Of a DNA stretch of 64,000 bases, positions 11,500 through 23,749 are shown in pieces (positions within the stretch are counted from its first letter, which is position 1; each line of letters begins with the position of its first letter). A model generated the notes under the pieces. It saw only the letters and a list, made by a program, of their open reading frames with translations. It had not been told where the DNA came from and ran no database searches. This stretch comes from Takakia lepidozioides (taxonomy: Eukaryota > Plantae > Bryophyta): assembly GCA_030704615.1 (NCBI GenBank), contig CM060733.1, positions 15,004,001 to 15,068,000 on the forward strand. Direction: 5' to 3'. The position numbers were made by a program, and so were the translations under genes.

Positions 11500-14400
11500 G
11501 GTGTTAAGGTCTCCCACTGATTCCAATGGAAATTACAGAGAAGGTGTTTGGAAAGTATGGCTAAAATGTTGCGCACGAATCCTCCTGAGCTACATGGATC
11601 TTCCATTTGTTGATGATTCAACTCCATCTTTTGATTTAGGCATTTGACAAACAATGAGATTGAAGCCTTTCCTCTTGATAATCTATTTAGTAATTCTAAC
11701 AATGTCCATGTGCATCAAACACTACAGGAAATTGGGGGGGTGTTGTTTAGCGACGCCCCGATGTCGCCAAAACCTCCTTTTGGGACGGGGTCACATCCCC
11801 AGCTTGCGTCGCACCCGAAACGTCGCTAAAAACCGACGTCGGGGGATCGCAAAGTGCCGCTAGGGCGACTTGCAATGTCTGGGCGCCGTAATTTTTTATT
11901 TTTTATTTTTTTGTTTATCCTTTTCTGCGATGTCGCATTAGCGACATCCGAGGGTCGCACTTTCCGACCCCCGGACGTCGCAGTTTAAGGGGATACATTT
12001 GAATTTTGGTGGGAAAAATTAAATTTGAATTTTTGAATTTGAACTTAAAAAACTACTTGACCATTGACTCCTGCATTGACCATTGACTCCGATTTTGTCC
12101 AATGGCAGTTCGTACATTGTTCTACATATAGTAGGCAATGCATACTTGAACGTATGATATCCACGTTATAACATCTCTAAGACACTACACACCAACCATT
12201 AATACATCTACCATACATCTATGTATCACATAAGCTGTCTAAGTATATATATACATATCAAGATTTCTTCCAAGTACCCTCTAATGGGATCCCTTTTGTG
12301 ATGTCGGGGAGTTGCAACCTCCGCAGCCTTAGTCCCCATCCTCATCCCCAGCCCCAGTGTCGCCGCTGTTGCTGCAGCCCCAATGTCGGGCGCCCTTAGC
12401 GATGTCCTTGCGACGCCCTAAGCTGGCTACAACACCCTGGGCTTGCTGCGACTCTAGCGGGGGTTCGCAATGCCAAAATAAAAATAGAAATGAGAAGCCT
12501 AGGCACCGCTGCCTCAACAACTACTGCTGCTCGCAGCGCTGAACGCCCCAGCTACTGCCCCCAAGCAGCTAGCGTCGCAGCGCTGGACGCCCAAGCTATT
12601 GTTGCTCCAGAACTTGGCGTCGCAGCGTCGGGCGCCCTAGCGCAGGGTGCCCCCAACAACGCTTTTGTGACGCCGGGGAGTCGCAATGCCCGACCCAACG
12701 GAAAAAAAAAAAAAAAAAAAAAAAAAAACACGCGTTGCGACCCCTTGCATCACAGCCCGATGTTGGGTCGTCACTGGGAACGCCCGACGCTAGGGCTACC
12801 ACAGCTACGATCCCACGCGGTGGGGTCACAGCGTCGCAACAAACCCATCCCCCCCTTTGCAATGGTGAAAGTGCAATAGTCAAGCAACATGCAGCCTCTG
12901 GAGATCTAAAAATGCATGTAGTCAAGTCCATTACAAGATCGAAGGCTATCAACGTTGGTTCTCATCATGATATTGTCTCTATTTTTTTTGCTATTATGAA
13001 GCAACGGCATATCAAAAACGTATACTCCAATCAAGAAGTTACTCTTGATGCTGAAGATTCTCCAGATGAGAGCAACCAAAAAGACCTAGACATTGATGGA
13101 TTCCAACTTGTTGATGGGGATCATGCTTCTCGATTTCGGGAGTTAAATGCAAAGGAGTTGAAGCACGTAAATGCTGGAGGGGGTCGTTGTAGCAGATATG
13201 TTGAAAGTTGGGTAAGAAAGACATTTGATGACTGACAACAATTTTGCAAAATTGATGCTACCATGAGTATTGAGGATTTGTCCGAACAAGAAGATATGAG
13301 AGGTTTTGTTGTTATGCTATGTCATTTTATATTGCAAGTGTAGAAGAAAAACGGGTCACTCTATCCACCTCCAAGGTAAACCTCTTTACATTCTGTGTAT
13401 TTCAAGTTACTAGATCATAATTCTATATATAACTAATCACTTGATTTGATGGTTGTTGCAGCATAATATAACAATCGTTGCTTAGAGGCATAGGGAGGAT
13501 TATTCGAATCTCAGAGCTGTAGAGACCAGCAAAGAGAGACAGAAATTTAACATCTTAACATATGTACATTACCAGCGTATGAAGCTAGCTGGTGACAAGG
13601 CAAAGAATTTGCGATTGTTGAAGGCAGGTCTCGGTCGATCTGCCCAAAAAAAAATGACATCCTGACACAACAAGAAGAAATATTGGTGTTGAGTCAGGAG
13701 ATGTGTCAGCCTATAAATGCAGCAGGATTAAACAATCATCTCGTTTGGTACTGTGCATGTAATTTCTTCATCAAAGCGGCAGCAGATATACGCCAAACGA
13801 CTGATGCAAATTTCATATGGCATGAAACTCCTCTTAGCAAAGTTTTGAGATACAGGGCGGGTGTATAAAAGAACTGGTATCTTGATGTGATGCGTTATGG
13901 TATCAATAATCATCGGTTGCCAGTGGATTGTTAATTGCAAGAGGTCCATGAGAATTTCATAGCGATGATGAAGCATCGTCCCATTTTTGGTCCAGCTGAG
14001 TCGGGACTTCATCCTCTTTTCTTAACTCCAAAGCCAAAACAGAAGGATGCATATGATGTTTGGTTTACTAAAGGGCCATTGGGCATGAATACTCTCATTC
14101 ACATCACCAAACGGATGTGTGAACGTATCCTTGGTCTTTGACAGCAAACTCCTAACTAACAAAAGTGGGAGATCTGTTGGAATCACACGGATACAAGAAG
14201 CATATGTTCCTTCATCCTATGCAGGCATGGAGTTGACGGGCCATCGTCACGAAAAATCTTACGGCGGGTAAGGTATGTTTATCTAGAGATTTGTTTTTCA
14301 ATTAGTGATCATTTTGTTGTCGTTTATTGATTTCTGGTGCGAATGTATTTGTTGCTTATGCAGATACAGTTCAATGTTTGATACGATGCTGAGAGATAGG

Positions 14401-14830
14401 GCCATGCAACAAATCATAGCTGGAGAGATGCGGGGTGGCAAGCTTCTTACCTTCACCGAGGCTCATCAGGAAGAAGTGGGCACTTACATAGAGGTCCGAA
14501 AGAAAGAAAATCAACAACAATTACATTTGTTCCAGCTTCAAAAGATAAACAGATCTCGAGTGGCAGCATTGCTTCATTTTTTGACGGTCATGATAACGGA
14601 GAGAAATTCCTCAAAGATGTTATGAAAGAGTATTCTTCCAGGCTTCAGAAGACACAGTCAAGTGATGGCTCTTCAGCTATTCGTGTAGGGAATCAATTTG
14701 TTAACCTTCACAACTGCCAGACCACACTACTGAACGTTGTCGATCCGACTTAAGACTTTCTAGGATTGGTAAAAGACAATATCCAAATCAACCGTACAGT
14801 TCGAGATTGAAGACCCTCGAAGATTGTTAC
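11500..14830 (+). pseudogene. Crypton/DUF3504-type tyrosine recombinase gene, degenerate, with introns
   Basis: Motifs in order: LCHFILQV*KKNGSLYPP; KAGLGRS..DILTQQEE; GLNNHLVWYCACNFFIK; LFLTPK..VWFTKGPLGMNTL; LTNKSGR (14155-14172); GMELTGHR (TGHR at 14236-14247); SYG|RY with Tyr at 14365 after a GT-AG intron. Stops and frameshifts present; interrupted by CACTA 11720-12867. Confidence 0.8.
11720..12867. mobile_element. Non-autonomous CACTA element
   Basis: CACTAC... / ...TGGTG termini, 3-bp TSD AAA, and GCGAC/GTCGC subterminal repeats at both ends. The host reading frame resumes after removal (VHVHQ|SAIVKQ). Confidence 0.85.
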
Positions 14831-16179
14831 TGAGCAATGTTGTGCTATACAGTTGAGAACTAGATTGTTGATCTATTTTGTGTATCTATTGTACAGATTT
14901 TTTAGAATCTACTGATATGTAGCCGACATTCAAGTATGAGGTAGTATCAAACATTCAAAGCTGAGACTTTATAGATTTGAAGAGTGTCCTTTGAGTCTTG
15001 AATCTCATTGAAAACTAACTTGGCTAGATGAAGTCTACAATACTAAGTCTTTTGGCAATTGGAGCCTTTTTACCTTCACATATTATGTGTATGAATAGAA
15101 ATGAAAATTTAAAAGAAAGCATCTGGAAGTAAAAGAAATATAATGGCTGGTGCACTCCACATTTCGAAATGCACTTGGGGGGGGGGGGGGGGGGGGGGGC
15201 AGTCCGCCAGGTGGAATGCACCCCGATGAATTCTGCTTTTCAACATTTGCATTCTCAATGCATGTGCTAGCCTGGCAGCCCTGGAAAAAAATATGGAGGT
15301 TCATGCTGACATCCTGAAAGTTGAAATGGTGCCAACCATCAATCTGGAGACAACCCTTGTTGATATGTATGCCAAGTGTGGGAGGTTCAATGATGCACAT
15401 TAGGTATTCAACAATATGGCTCAACGTAATGTTCTCTCTTGGAACTCCATGATCGCCGGATATGCTCAGCATGGATGTAGTATGCACTAGAGGAAAAACG
15501 CGGAATAACCACTCTGGCAACCACTCATTTTGAGTAGGAAAAGACACCCAACCAATCTGGCCCCAGAGTGGTCTAGAACCAGTGGATCTTGACTCAACAG
15601 TGGTTAAAGACATGACGTGTCCGAAGTGGTTAAAGACAGTGGTTACGATCACTTGCCTCCGAGTCCAGCTTTTTGCTTACGTGTCACAGTGGTAAACTAA
15701 CCACTTTAGAACATAGACCACTTCCACCGTATGTGACGTGGACGCAGCAACTCCGTCGATCATACTTAGCAATGGACGGACACGTGTCTGTATCCATGTG
15801 GACACGTGGCCGAATCCAGTTAGACGATTATGGGCTCCATTATCTGGACACGTGGTGATATTGCAAATGAGCATGTGCCCTATTTTAGGGATGTGGTGAA
15901 AAATGCAATGACTTCCCAAACAACTTATCACTCTAGTTCTTATGCTCAATTGCATCTACTACACTTTGTAATCCATGGATAGCTGAAGGTCCAGATTCAT
16001 CCAAGAGGGCCAGATTTCAGCAATAGGGTATGTCACCCTACAAATCAAACATTCATCTTTGGCTTGCTGCTAGCAGCTGACAATGACAGCCTAGAGTTGT
16101 TCCAGCAAACACCCCAACCCTACTTATTACACTAGTTCCTATGCTCAATTGCATCTGCTACTCTCTATAATCCAACAGG

Positions 16180-18860
16180 CATTCACCTTCTTGCCTCGAT
16201 CGTCCCACCATTGACTGGGGTCAGAAAAGTATTCATTCCACAGCTTCTCCTTATCTCTGTTACCTGTTTCTGGATACTTTCTGTTGTCACATTAGCAATA
16301 TCATGTCAGTCACTCCAAACTATCAAAGGTTCACTCAACCAGCTAACTTGCAGAATTCAACATGGCCTATTCTGATAAGAGGGAAAAACAGGGTGGAATG
16401 TGTTGAAGAAGGTGCCTTCATTAGCAGTGCCTGATTTTATCAATTGTGCCATTGCTGCTGCAGCTTCTACTTGACCATCTACCCATGCAGGTTGGTAGGA
16501 GATATTGATCCACAGGGAATCATAGGTAATCTGGAGCTTGCACACAAATGTTATGCGGTTGGGCTTCGCCCCTTCCCCCATCATTTGCTCATAGGTCTCC
16601 AAAGCCTCCATCCCATGCCCCTGCTGTGCACACCCTACAAGCATCGCACTCCACGACACCACATCTCGTTCAGCCATAGTATTGAAAACTCCCTTGGCAT
16701 CCTCAATGCTCCCACATTTGGCATACATGTCCACCAGAGCAGTGTTCACGATGACATCTGGTACAATTGTAGATTTGATGATGTCACCATTGATCTCTTT
16801 GCCCTTTTCCAGGTCTGCCAGATGCACTGCAAACCGCACACAAACGTTATATCGGAGGGCTTCACCTCTTCCCCCATCATTTGCTCATAGGTCTCCAAAG
16901 CCTCCATCTCGCACCCCTGCTGTGCATACCCAACGAGCATCATACTCCACGACATCACATCTCATTCAGCCATAGTGTTGAACACTCTCTTGGCATTCTC
17001 GATGCACCCACATTTGGCCTACATGTCCACTAGGGCAGAGACAGTGTTCAGAATGACATATGGTAATCTGACAGGCATTCACCTTTTTGCCTCGGTTGTC
17101 CCACCATTGACTGGGGTCAGAAAAGTATTCATTCCACAGCTTCTCCTCGTCTCAGCTGTTACCTGTTTCTGGATACTTCCCTGTTGTCACATTGGCAGTA
17201 CCATGTCAAAGTCGCTCCAAATTATCAAAGGCTCACTCAACCAGCTAACTTGCAGAATTCAACATGAAAATTTAGGGCCGATTCTGATAAGAGGGAAAAA
17301 CAGGGTGAAATGTGTTGAAGAAGGTGCCTTCATTACCAGTGTCTGAGTTTATCATTGTGCCGCTGCTGCTGCGGCTTCTAGTTGACCATCTACCCATACA
17401 GGTTTCTTGTAGCTATTGATCCATCTGGTACATTTCCAGCTTTGGTGATGCAACCATGCACCTCCGATGCCCTTTTCCAGGGCTACCAAGCTTGCACACG
17501 CACTGCAAACGCACACAAACATGATGTGGTCGAACTTCACCCCTTCCCCCATCATTTGCTTTCAGGTCTCCAAAGCCCCATCCAACGCCCCTGCTCTGCA
17601 CACCCTGCAAGCATCACATTCCACAACACCACATCTCATTCAGCCATAGTGTTGAACACTCCCTTGGCATCCTTAATGCTACCATATTTGGCATACATGG
17701 CCACGAGAGCAGTGTTCAGGATGACATCTGGAACAATTGCAGATTTGATCATGTCACCAGGGATCTCTTTGCCATTTTCGAGGGCCACCAGACACACTGC
17801 AAACACATACAAACCTTATGTCGGCGGGCTTCACCCCTTTCCCCCATCATTTGCTCATAGGTTGGAGCCTCCATCCCGCACCCCTGCTGTGCATACCCCG
17901 CAAGCATCGCACTCCACGACACACATCTCGTTCAGCCATAGTGTTGAACACTCCCTTGGCATCCTCGATGCACCCACATTTGGCATACATGTCCACCAGG
18001 GCAGGGGTAGTGTTCAGAATAACATTTGGTAATCTGACAAACATTCTCCTTTTAGAATTGTTCCAGCAAATGCCCCAACCCTACTGACTTAGAGGCTGTA
18101 GTGTCCAAAGCCATGTCCGTTTCCAGAAAATTGTCTGATGAAAATGAAGTTAGGTAGAAAACTTGATCCTAGATGCACCCACATTTTGCAAACATGTTCA
18201 CCAGGGTTTTGTTCGGAATGACATATGGTACAATTCCAACTCTGAAGATGTCGCCATGGACCTCTTTCCTCTTTTCCAAAGCTGCCAGGGCAGTGTTCAG
18301 ATTGACATTTGGCACAATTCCAGCTTTGATGATATCCCCATGCACCTCTTGCCCTTCTCCAGGCCGGCTGCCAGGCTTGCACAAGCATTGCAAATGCACA
18401 CAAACATGATGTGCTTCCCCCATCATTTGTTCATAGCTCTCCAAAGCCTCCATCCCACGTCCCTGCCGTGCATACCATGCAAGCATCGCACTCCACGACA
18501 CCACATCTCATTCAGCCATAGTGTCGAACACTCCCTTTGCATCCTAGATGCACCCACATTTTGCAAACACGTCCACCAGGGTATTGTTCAGAATGTCATC
18601 TGGTACAATTCCAGCTCTGAAGATGTCGCCATGCACCTCTTTCCCCATTTCCAAAGCTGCCAGGGCAGTGTTCAGATTGACATTTGGCACAATTCCAGCT
18701 TTGATGATATCCCTATGCACCTCTTGCCCTTCTCCAGGGCTGCCAGGCTTGCACGCACATTGCAAATGCACACAAACATGATGTGCTTCCCCCATCATCT
18801 GCTCATAGCTCTCCAAAGCCTCCAAAGCCCACATTTGCAGGATGGACAAACTTCTTCACA
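16180..18860 (-). pseudogene. Tandemly duplicated, frameshifted PPR (P-L-S) repeats interleaved with OSB-type PDF motif halves
   Basis: Repeats of NTALVDMYAKCGSIEDAKGVFNTMAERDVVSWSAM. PDF halves ITYDSLWINISYQPAWVDGQ (~16465-16530), EKLWNEYFSDPSQWWDDRGKK (~16187-16250 and ~17085-17150) and WINSYKKPVWVDGQLE (~17380-17425). Duplication units of ~900 bp and ~375 bp. Confidence 0.85.
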
Positions 18861-19394
18861 TCCTACATTAAGAACAAGCCACACCTGCACGAGGACTTAG
18901 TGTGCGTAGCAGCGATAGGGCTTAGTGGGGCTTAGTGGGGCTTAGTGCATGAGGGAAAAAAAAAAACAACGCGAGAAGTTTGAACCCGCGACCCCGCGAC
19001 ACGCAGGAAGAGCCTTTACCAGTACGCTACATGCACACATTTGAAATTTCCCCCCCAAAAGTATGTATATATTGTACATACGTGATGTGAAACTTTTTAA
19101 GTTTTTTAACCTTTTTACAAACCCTATAAGCAACTTTTTGTTTTTTTTTTAAAAATAAATTTTAAAGGAAACCTCAGGCCTTTAAGGAGGGGGAAAAATT
19201 AACCCCCTTTCATTTTTGGGCCATGAGACCTACAAGAGGATCAACTCCCAGACATACCGTTGTCACAAACAATCCCACACATGGGGTAATGCAACAGGTT
19301 TGAACCCTGAACCACCTGGGCGACACACTCTGCACTTACTAGCCGATGTGCTTTTTTAAAATCTTTTGCACTTTGATTTTTTTTTTTTAAATTC

Positions 19395-19776
19395 ATTTTA
19401 GTGGTTACAAGTGAGCACATAGATGTATTCCATGGAGATAAACAAAACTGTTCATCCGGTGTCTTCACAATGGATGTATCCCATGGAGCGTTACATGAAA
19501 GATCTTAAGGGATACGTTAGGAATTACGTAAAGCCAAAAGGGAGTACGGCTGCAGGGTATGTTCTTGATGAGGCCATGGGGTTCATGACTAAGTATATGC
19601 AATCATTTGATGCAACTCAACGGCGGACTTGGGATGCAAATGCGGAGGAAGGGGTTGAGGACGAGGTCTTCGAAGGTGTCGGCAAAAAGCGGGACATGAT
19701 TGGAGCTGGGAGAGATGCAGCACAAATTTTGTGTGTGCTGAACAATACCAATGTCATGGCTCCTTGGGTGCAGTGA
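19395..19776 (+). pseudogene. CACTA transposase fragment (DUF4218 region)
   Basis: WMYPMERYMKDLKGYVRNYVKPKGSTAAGYVLDEAMGF matches the En/Spm TnpD DUF4218 pattern. Confidence 0.85.
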
Positions 19777-20861
19777 GTACTTCTTTTCATTGCACCTTAT
19801 TTATATCAAGTTCAATTTCAATTCTGACTGTCACCAGTGTAATCAAACCACCCACAACGTCACAAAATGTCAGTGGTTCATCCTGATTATAACCAATGTT
19901 ATAGTAACAAAATGTCTGAGTGAGTGACTTGTTGGAAGAGCATGTTCATTTACAAGTCATTCTGCTCACTCCTCCAGTGGTTTGAAACAGTGGTTTTCAA
20001 AGTATCATTCATGCTAGGTATTTTTTGCTAAGTAATGCAATACTTCATTGCTAACATGTGTCATTCTTGTTGCCATTTTGTGACAAAAAGTATGCAACAG
20101 AGAAGACACAGTTCACAACAGACAGAGAGACATGTGGTGATGAGTGGCGTGCCAATCGACGTCTACCTTATCAGATCAGCCAATACCTAGGTCATTACAT
20201 GGTGCCACGGCTCTAATAAATAAGACCTGGCTATGTTGGCTACCATTCAAGCGACATTTGTGCAACCAACTGCTATTCCAGTTGAGCAAAGTAATTCAGA
20301 TGGTGACGAATATGTTTCAGATTCAGAATAAAGTTTATTGTTGGAACCATTTGTTCAATAGCATCAGCCCACAATGGTCTGGCCACATGTCTATTTTTCA
20401 AATTCTGTCACAGCTGCACAAACCACTTAAAGTTTTTCATGTATCACCCAAAAAGTGGTACCAATCACTGTTGTGTAGGCAACCACTCATGAGCAACCAC
20501 TAGAATAGTGATTCCAATTACTACATCATCTTTCACCACCCACTCTCCACCACTGTCAAAGTGGTACAAATCAATGAGATGTCTTTAACCACTCAAGATC
20601 AACGTGCATTGTCCCCGTCCACGTGGAATATTATATTTATTAATTAAAATATATTTCCAAATCATAAATCACAAATAAAATTTGAATTATTATACGTGGA
20701 GTAGCAAGTGGTTTCAACCACCTCCCATCACTGAGGTGTCTATAACCACTCACAATGTACCACTGCACTCGTCCACGTGGAATATTATATTTATTAATTA
20801 AAATATATTACCAAATAAATAAAAATAAATTATTACACGTGGACTACTGAGTGGTTGAAAC

Positions 20862-21614
20862 CAGTGTTGGCCGGTTATAAGAATTTTACATATCCGCTGG
20901 TTAAGGTTACTTCAATATTTTTGGGATAGACACACTCCATGGTTATGTATAAGGATAAATTTTTTATTTTAGTATATCCATCGGTTATCTATTCTACAAA
21001 ATTCTTCAAATTTATAGACGGTTATGAATAGGACGGTTAGAGGTGTCCTAAAATTGGCGGATATATATGCGATTGGCGGTTACATATAATATATTGAGCA
21101 CTTCTCAATGATTTTTGTTAAAAATAATCAATTCCCACATGACATCCAAATGAAGATGAGAACCTTTAATAAAGATGAGTAATAGATAGGTAATGCTAGA
21201 ATGCTCCAAGTACATGAGAGATTTATCCACAATGACAAATAAAATGACTAAAGTAAGAAAGGAAGAAAGCCAAAGAGGGAAGTTGGCTAACATTTAACAT
21301 AGCAATAAGTTATACATACTGAGCGCACCTCTTGCAAAAGTTGCCAATAGTGAGGCATGCAGGCAATCATGGCAATCAATGCAGTTACATTGTGTGAGGA
21401 GGCGTGTCCTATACTTAACCATTCTAGGGGTGGTCAAAACGCCTTACTAATCCGGGTATAGAGTGTAGTGCTAACCTTAATATAAGGTACATATACATAT
21501 ACATACTCACCTCCCAACCGTCGGTTATCTATTTGCTCTGTTTTGTAAAAATACCATGTATGGGGTTATGTATACCTACTAACCGGGGTAGAGTGCTATA
21601 CCCGGCCAACACTG
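20862..21614. mobile_element. hAT-type MITE nested in the CACTA element
   Basis: TIR CAGTGTTGGCCGG / CCGGCCAACACTG and 8-bp TSD GTTGAAAC (20854-20861, 21615-21622). Confidence 0.9.
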
Positions 21615-23749
21615 GTTGAAACCACTTCCAACCATTGTCTGTGATGCCACCGTGGCATTTCATTGGGATTAACCACTGGCAAGTGGTTACTAGTGGTTTA
21701 TAAAGTGGAAAAAGATAGTAGTGATTAAAGGGCCAGTGGTTATTCCGTGTTTTTCCTCTAGTTATGGAAGCCCTACAGCTATTCCAACAAATGAAAAAAG
21801 AAGGGTTTTAAGCCAAATGATATCACCTTTATATGTCTTCTCACTGCGTGTAGTCATGTGGGCCTTGTGGACGAAGGCCATTGTCAACACTTTAAATCCA
21901 TGAGTTCAGATCATGGCCTCATTCCCACAATGGAGCATTTTCGGTTGCATGGTGGATCTTCTTGGATATGCAGGTCAGTTGGATGAGGCAGAGGAAGAAC
22001 ATGCCAATGGAACCAGATGCTTCGGTGTGGTGAACCTTGCTTGGTGCTTGCAATCTTCATGGTGAGGTGGACCTTGCAGAACGGGCAGCAAAATGCCTCC
22101 TGAAGCTGGGTCCGCAGGACCCTAGAACTTAGCTATTGAAAATCAATGATTGCAGGAGGGCAGGTGGGAGGATCAAGTGCAGGTTAGAATAATGACGAAG
22201 GACAATTCTGACAAAGGTGCCGGAGCACAGCTCAGGTTGAACAAATGGAGGAAATATCTGTTGAGTTGAAAAGATTGTTTGGGCAGATGAAGCAGGTTGG
22301 ATGTGTGTCTCACATGCGCTTTGTACATGACGTTCATGTCCAGGAGGTGCAAAAGGTTTTTCTCACTGCCAACACATTGAGAACTAGCTGACCCTGCACC
22401 ACACCTTTGTGTGTCATCAAGAACCTTCAGGTGTGGTGACTGCCAAATCATCTCAAAGACTATTGGGTGAGCGATTCGGGATTACTACTTTCGAAACAAG
22501 CAAACATCCATGCAGCAAACTCCTCACTTCAAACGATGAGGTGGAAATGTCGTAATTTGTTCTCTTTCAGACAGATTAACACTGAAAGAAATGTTGTGGC
22601 TGAATTTGAACAAAAAAGACCCCAAAATAATTACAGTAAGTGGTGTTTAGAAAAATATATGCTGGTTTGATAACTGAGGGGGAAAAAACTTGGGTATCTC
22701 TTTTGGCAGCTATTTGATGCATCCAACAAAGATACAAACCTGTACTGTAAAGAATTTCAGGGAACGGTCTGGCAATCCAGATAGGGATGTACATGACCTG
22801 TCGCCTTTCAGATACTTATACAGCCATGCTATGGGTCACTATCGTTCGAGCTCTCCTCACAGTGCGATGGAACTGCGGCTTCTGTTGTATCCGCATTGTT
22901 CTCATCACTCACATTACACTTGGATGCATCGCTTGATCTTGTCATTCCGTAATCAGCAAGTATAGAGGGATGTACGGGTAAATTGGGAGGCCACGAAATC
23001 GGTTGCTCTCTCTCTTATCTTTATCTTTATCTCTTGTTTTGGCGATGGACCCGATCTCTGCCCACAAGAACATGTTTGATGTCCCAAGATATTTTGTGGT
23101 CGCTGCGGCCTTCGGAGGAATGTCATGCTCTGAGAGCATCCCTGGATTCTGACGAAGCCTGTCATGCCCGAGTTGATGCAGTGCGAGCCCATGACACAAA
23201 CTGGGTCGTTATGGAATGGAGCCACATCCACTATCTTGGAACAAGCATGACACTTCCAATTAGAGACTCTCTCCCCCTCTCTCCTCAGTTGCCTTGAGTT
23301 GCCCTTTGGAATCTGTGGTTTGACTGTCACAATCTCTGCTAGTCAGCCTTCTACCTGCATCGGGGATATCCTTCATAGTACAGTGGAAAGAGATGGGTTA
23401 GAGGGTTTGATTGCATTACAATGCGGAACTAATGCCCATAGTTCCCATTGACCAAACAAAGTTGTATGCTTCAATGGAGACTGAAGAGAGAGAAAGAGGA
23501 CATACTAAGAACAGACACTTCAAAACCTTGAAAGCAAATATCAATATCAAGACCATCATTTTTATCAAGACCATAAGTTTTAAATTAACAATTCATTGCG
23601 TGCCACGATTTACTAAATCAATCCATTTCAACCTTTCCGCCATACCTAGTGGCCCATGGATTGATGGTGTACGGGATGTATGTATTTAAGACCATGCGGA
23701 TGACCCACCCCTTTTTGTGAAACTTCAACATAGTTCTCAAAAGTCGTCG

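Larger units (their letters stand above)
15485..21763 (+). mobile_element. CACTA element (6.3 kb) with captured gene fragments
   Basis: ~29-bp TIR CACTAGAGGAAAAACGCGGAATAACCACT; right end ...CTAGTT has one mismatch. TSD ATG (15482-15484, 21764-21766). ACCACT/AGTGGT subterminal repeats. Confidence 0.9.
15238..22560 (+). pseudogene. PLS-class PPR-E-DYW RNA-editing factor pseudogene split by a CACTA insertion
   Basis: 15238-15484 reads ILNACASLAALE..LVDMYAKCG..SWNSMIAGYAQHGCSM. It continues after 21766 as [50 protein letters not shown]. Degenerate DYW motifs HIE(K)LA and PLCVIKNLQV-GDC at ~22370-22445. Confidence 0.9.

Noticed and set aside
18163-18900. 245-aa + strand ORF, and similar ORFs at 16444 and 17382
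   Set aside because: They are antisense shadows of the PPR repeats on the - strand.
22690-23330. Overlapping ORFs on both strands downstream of the DYW remnant
   Set aside because: No recognisable product; cannot support a gene call.
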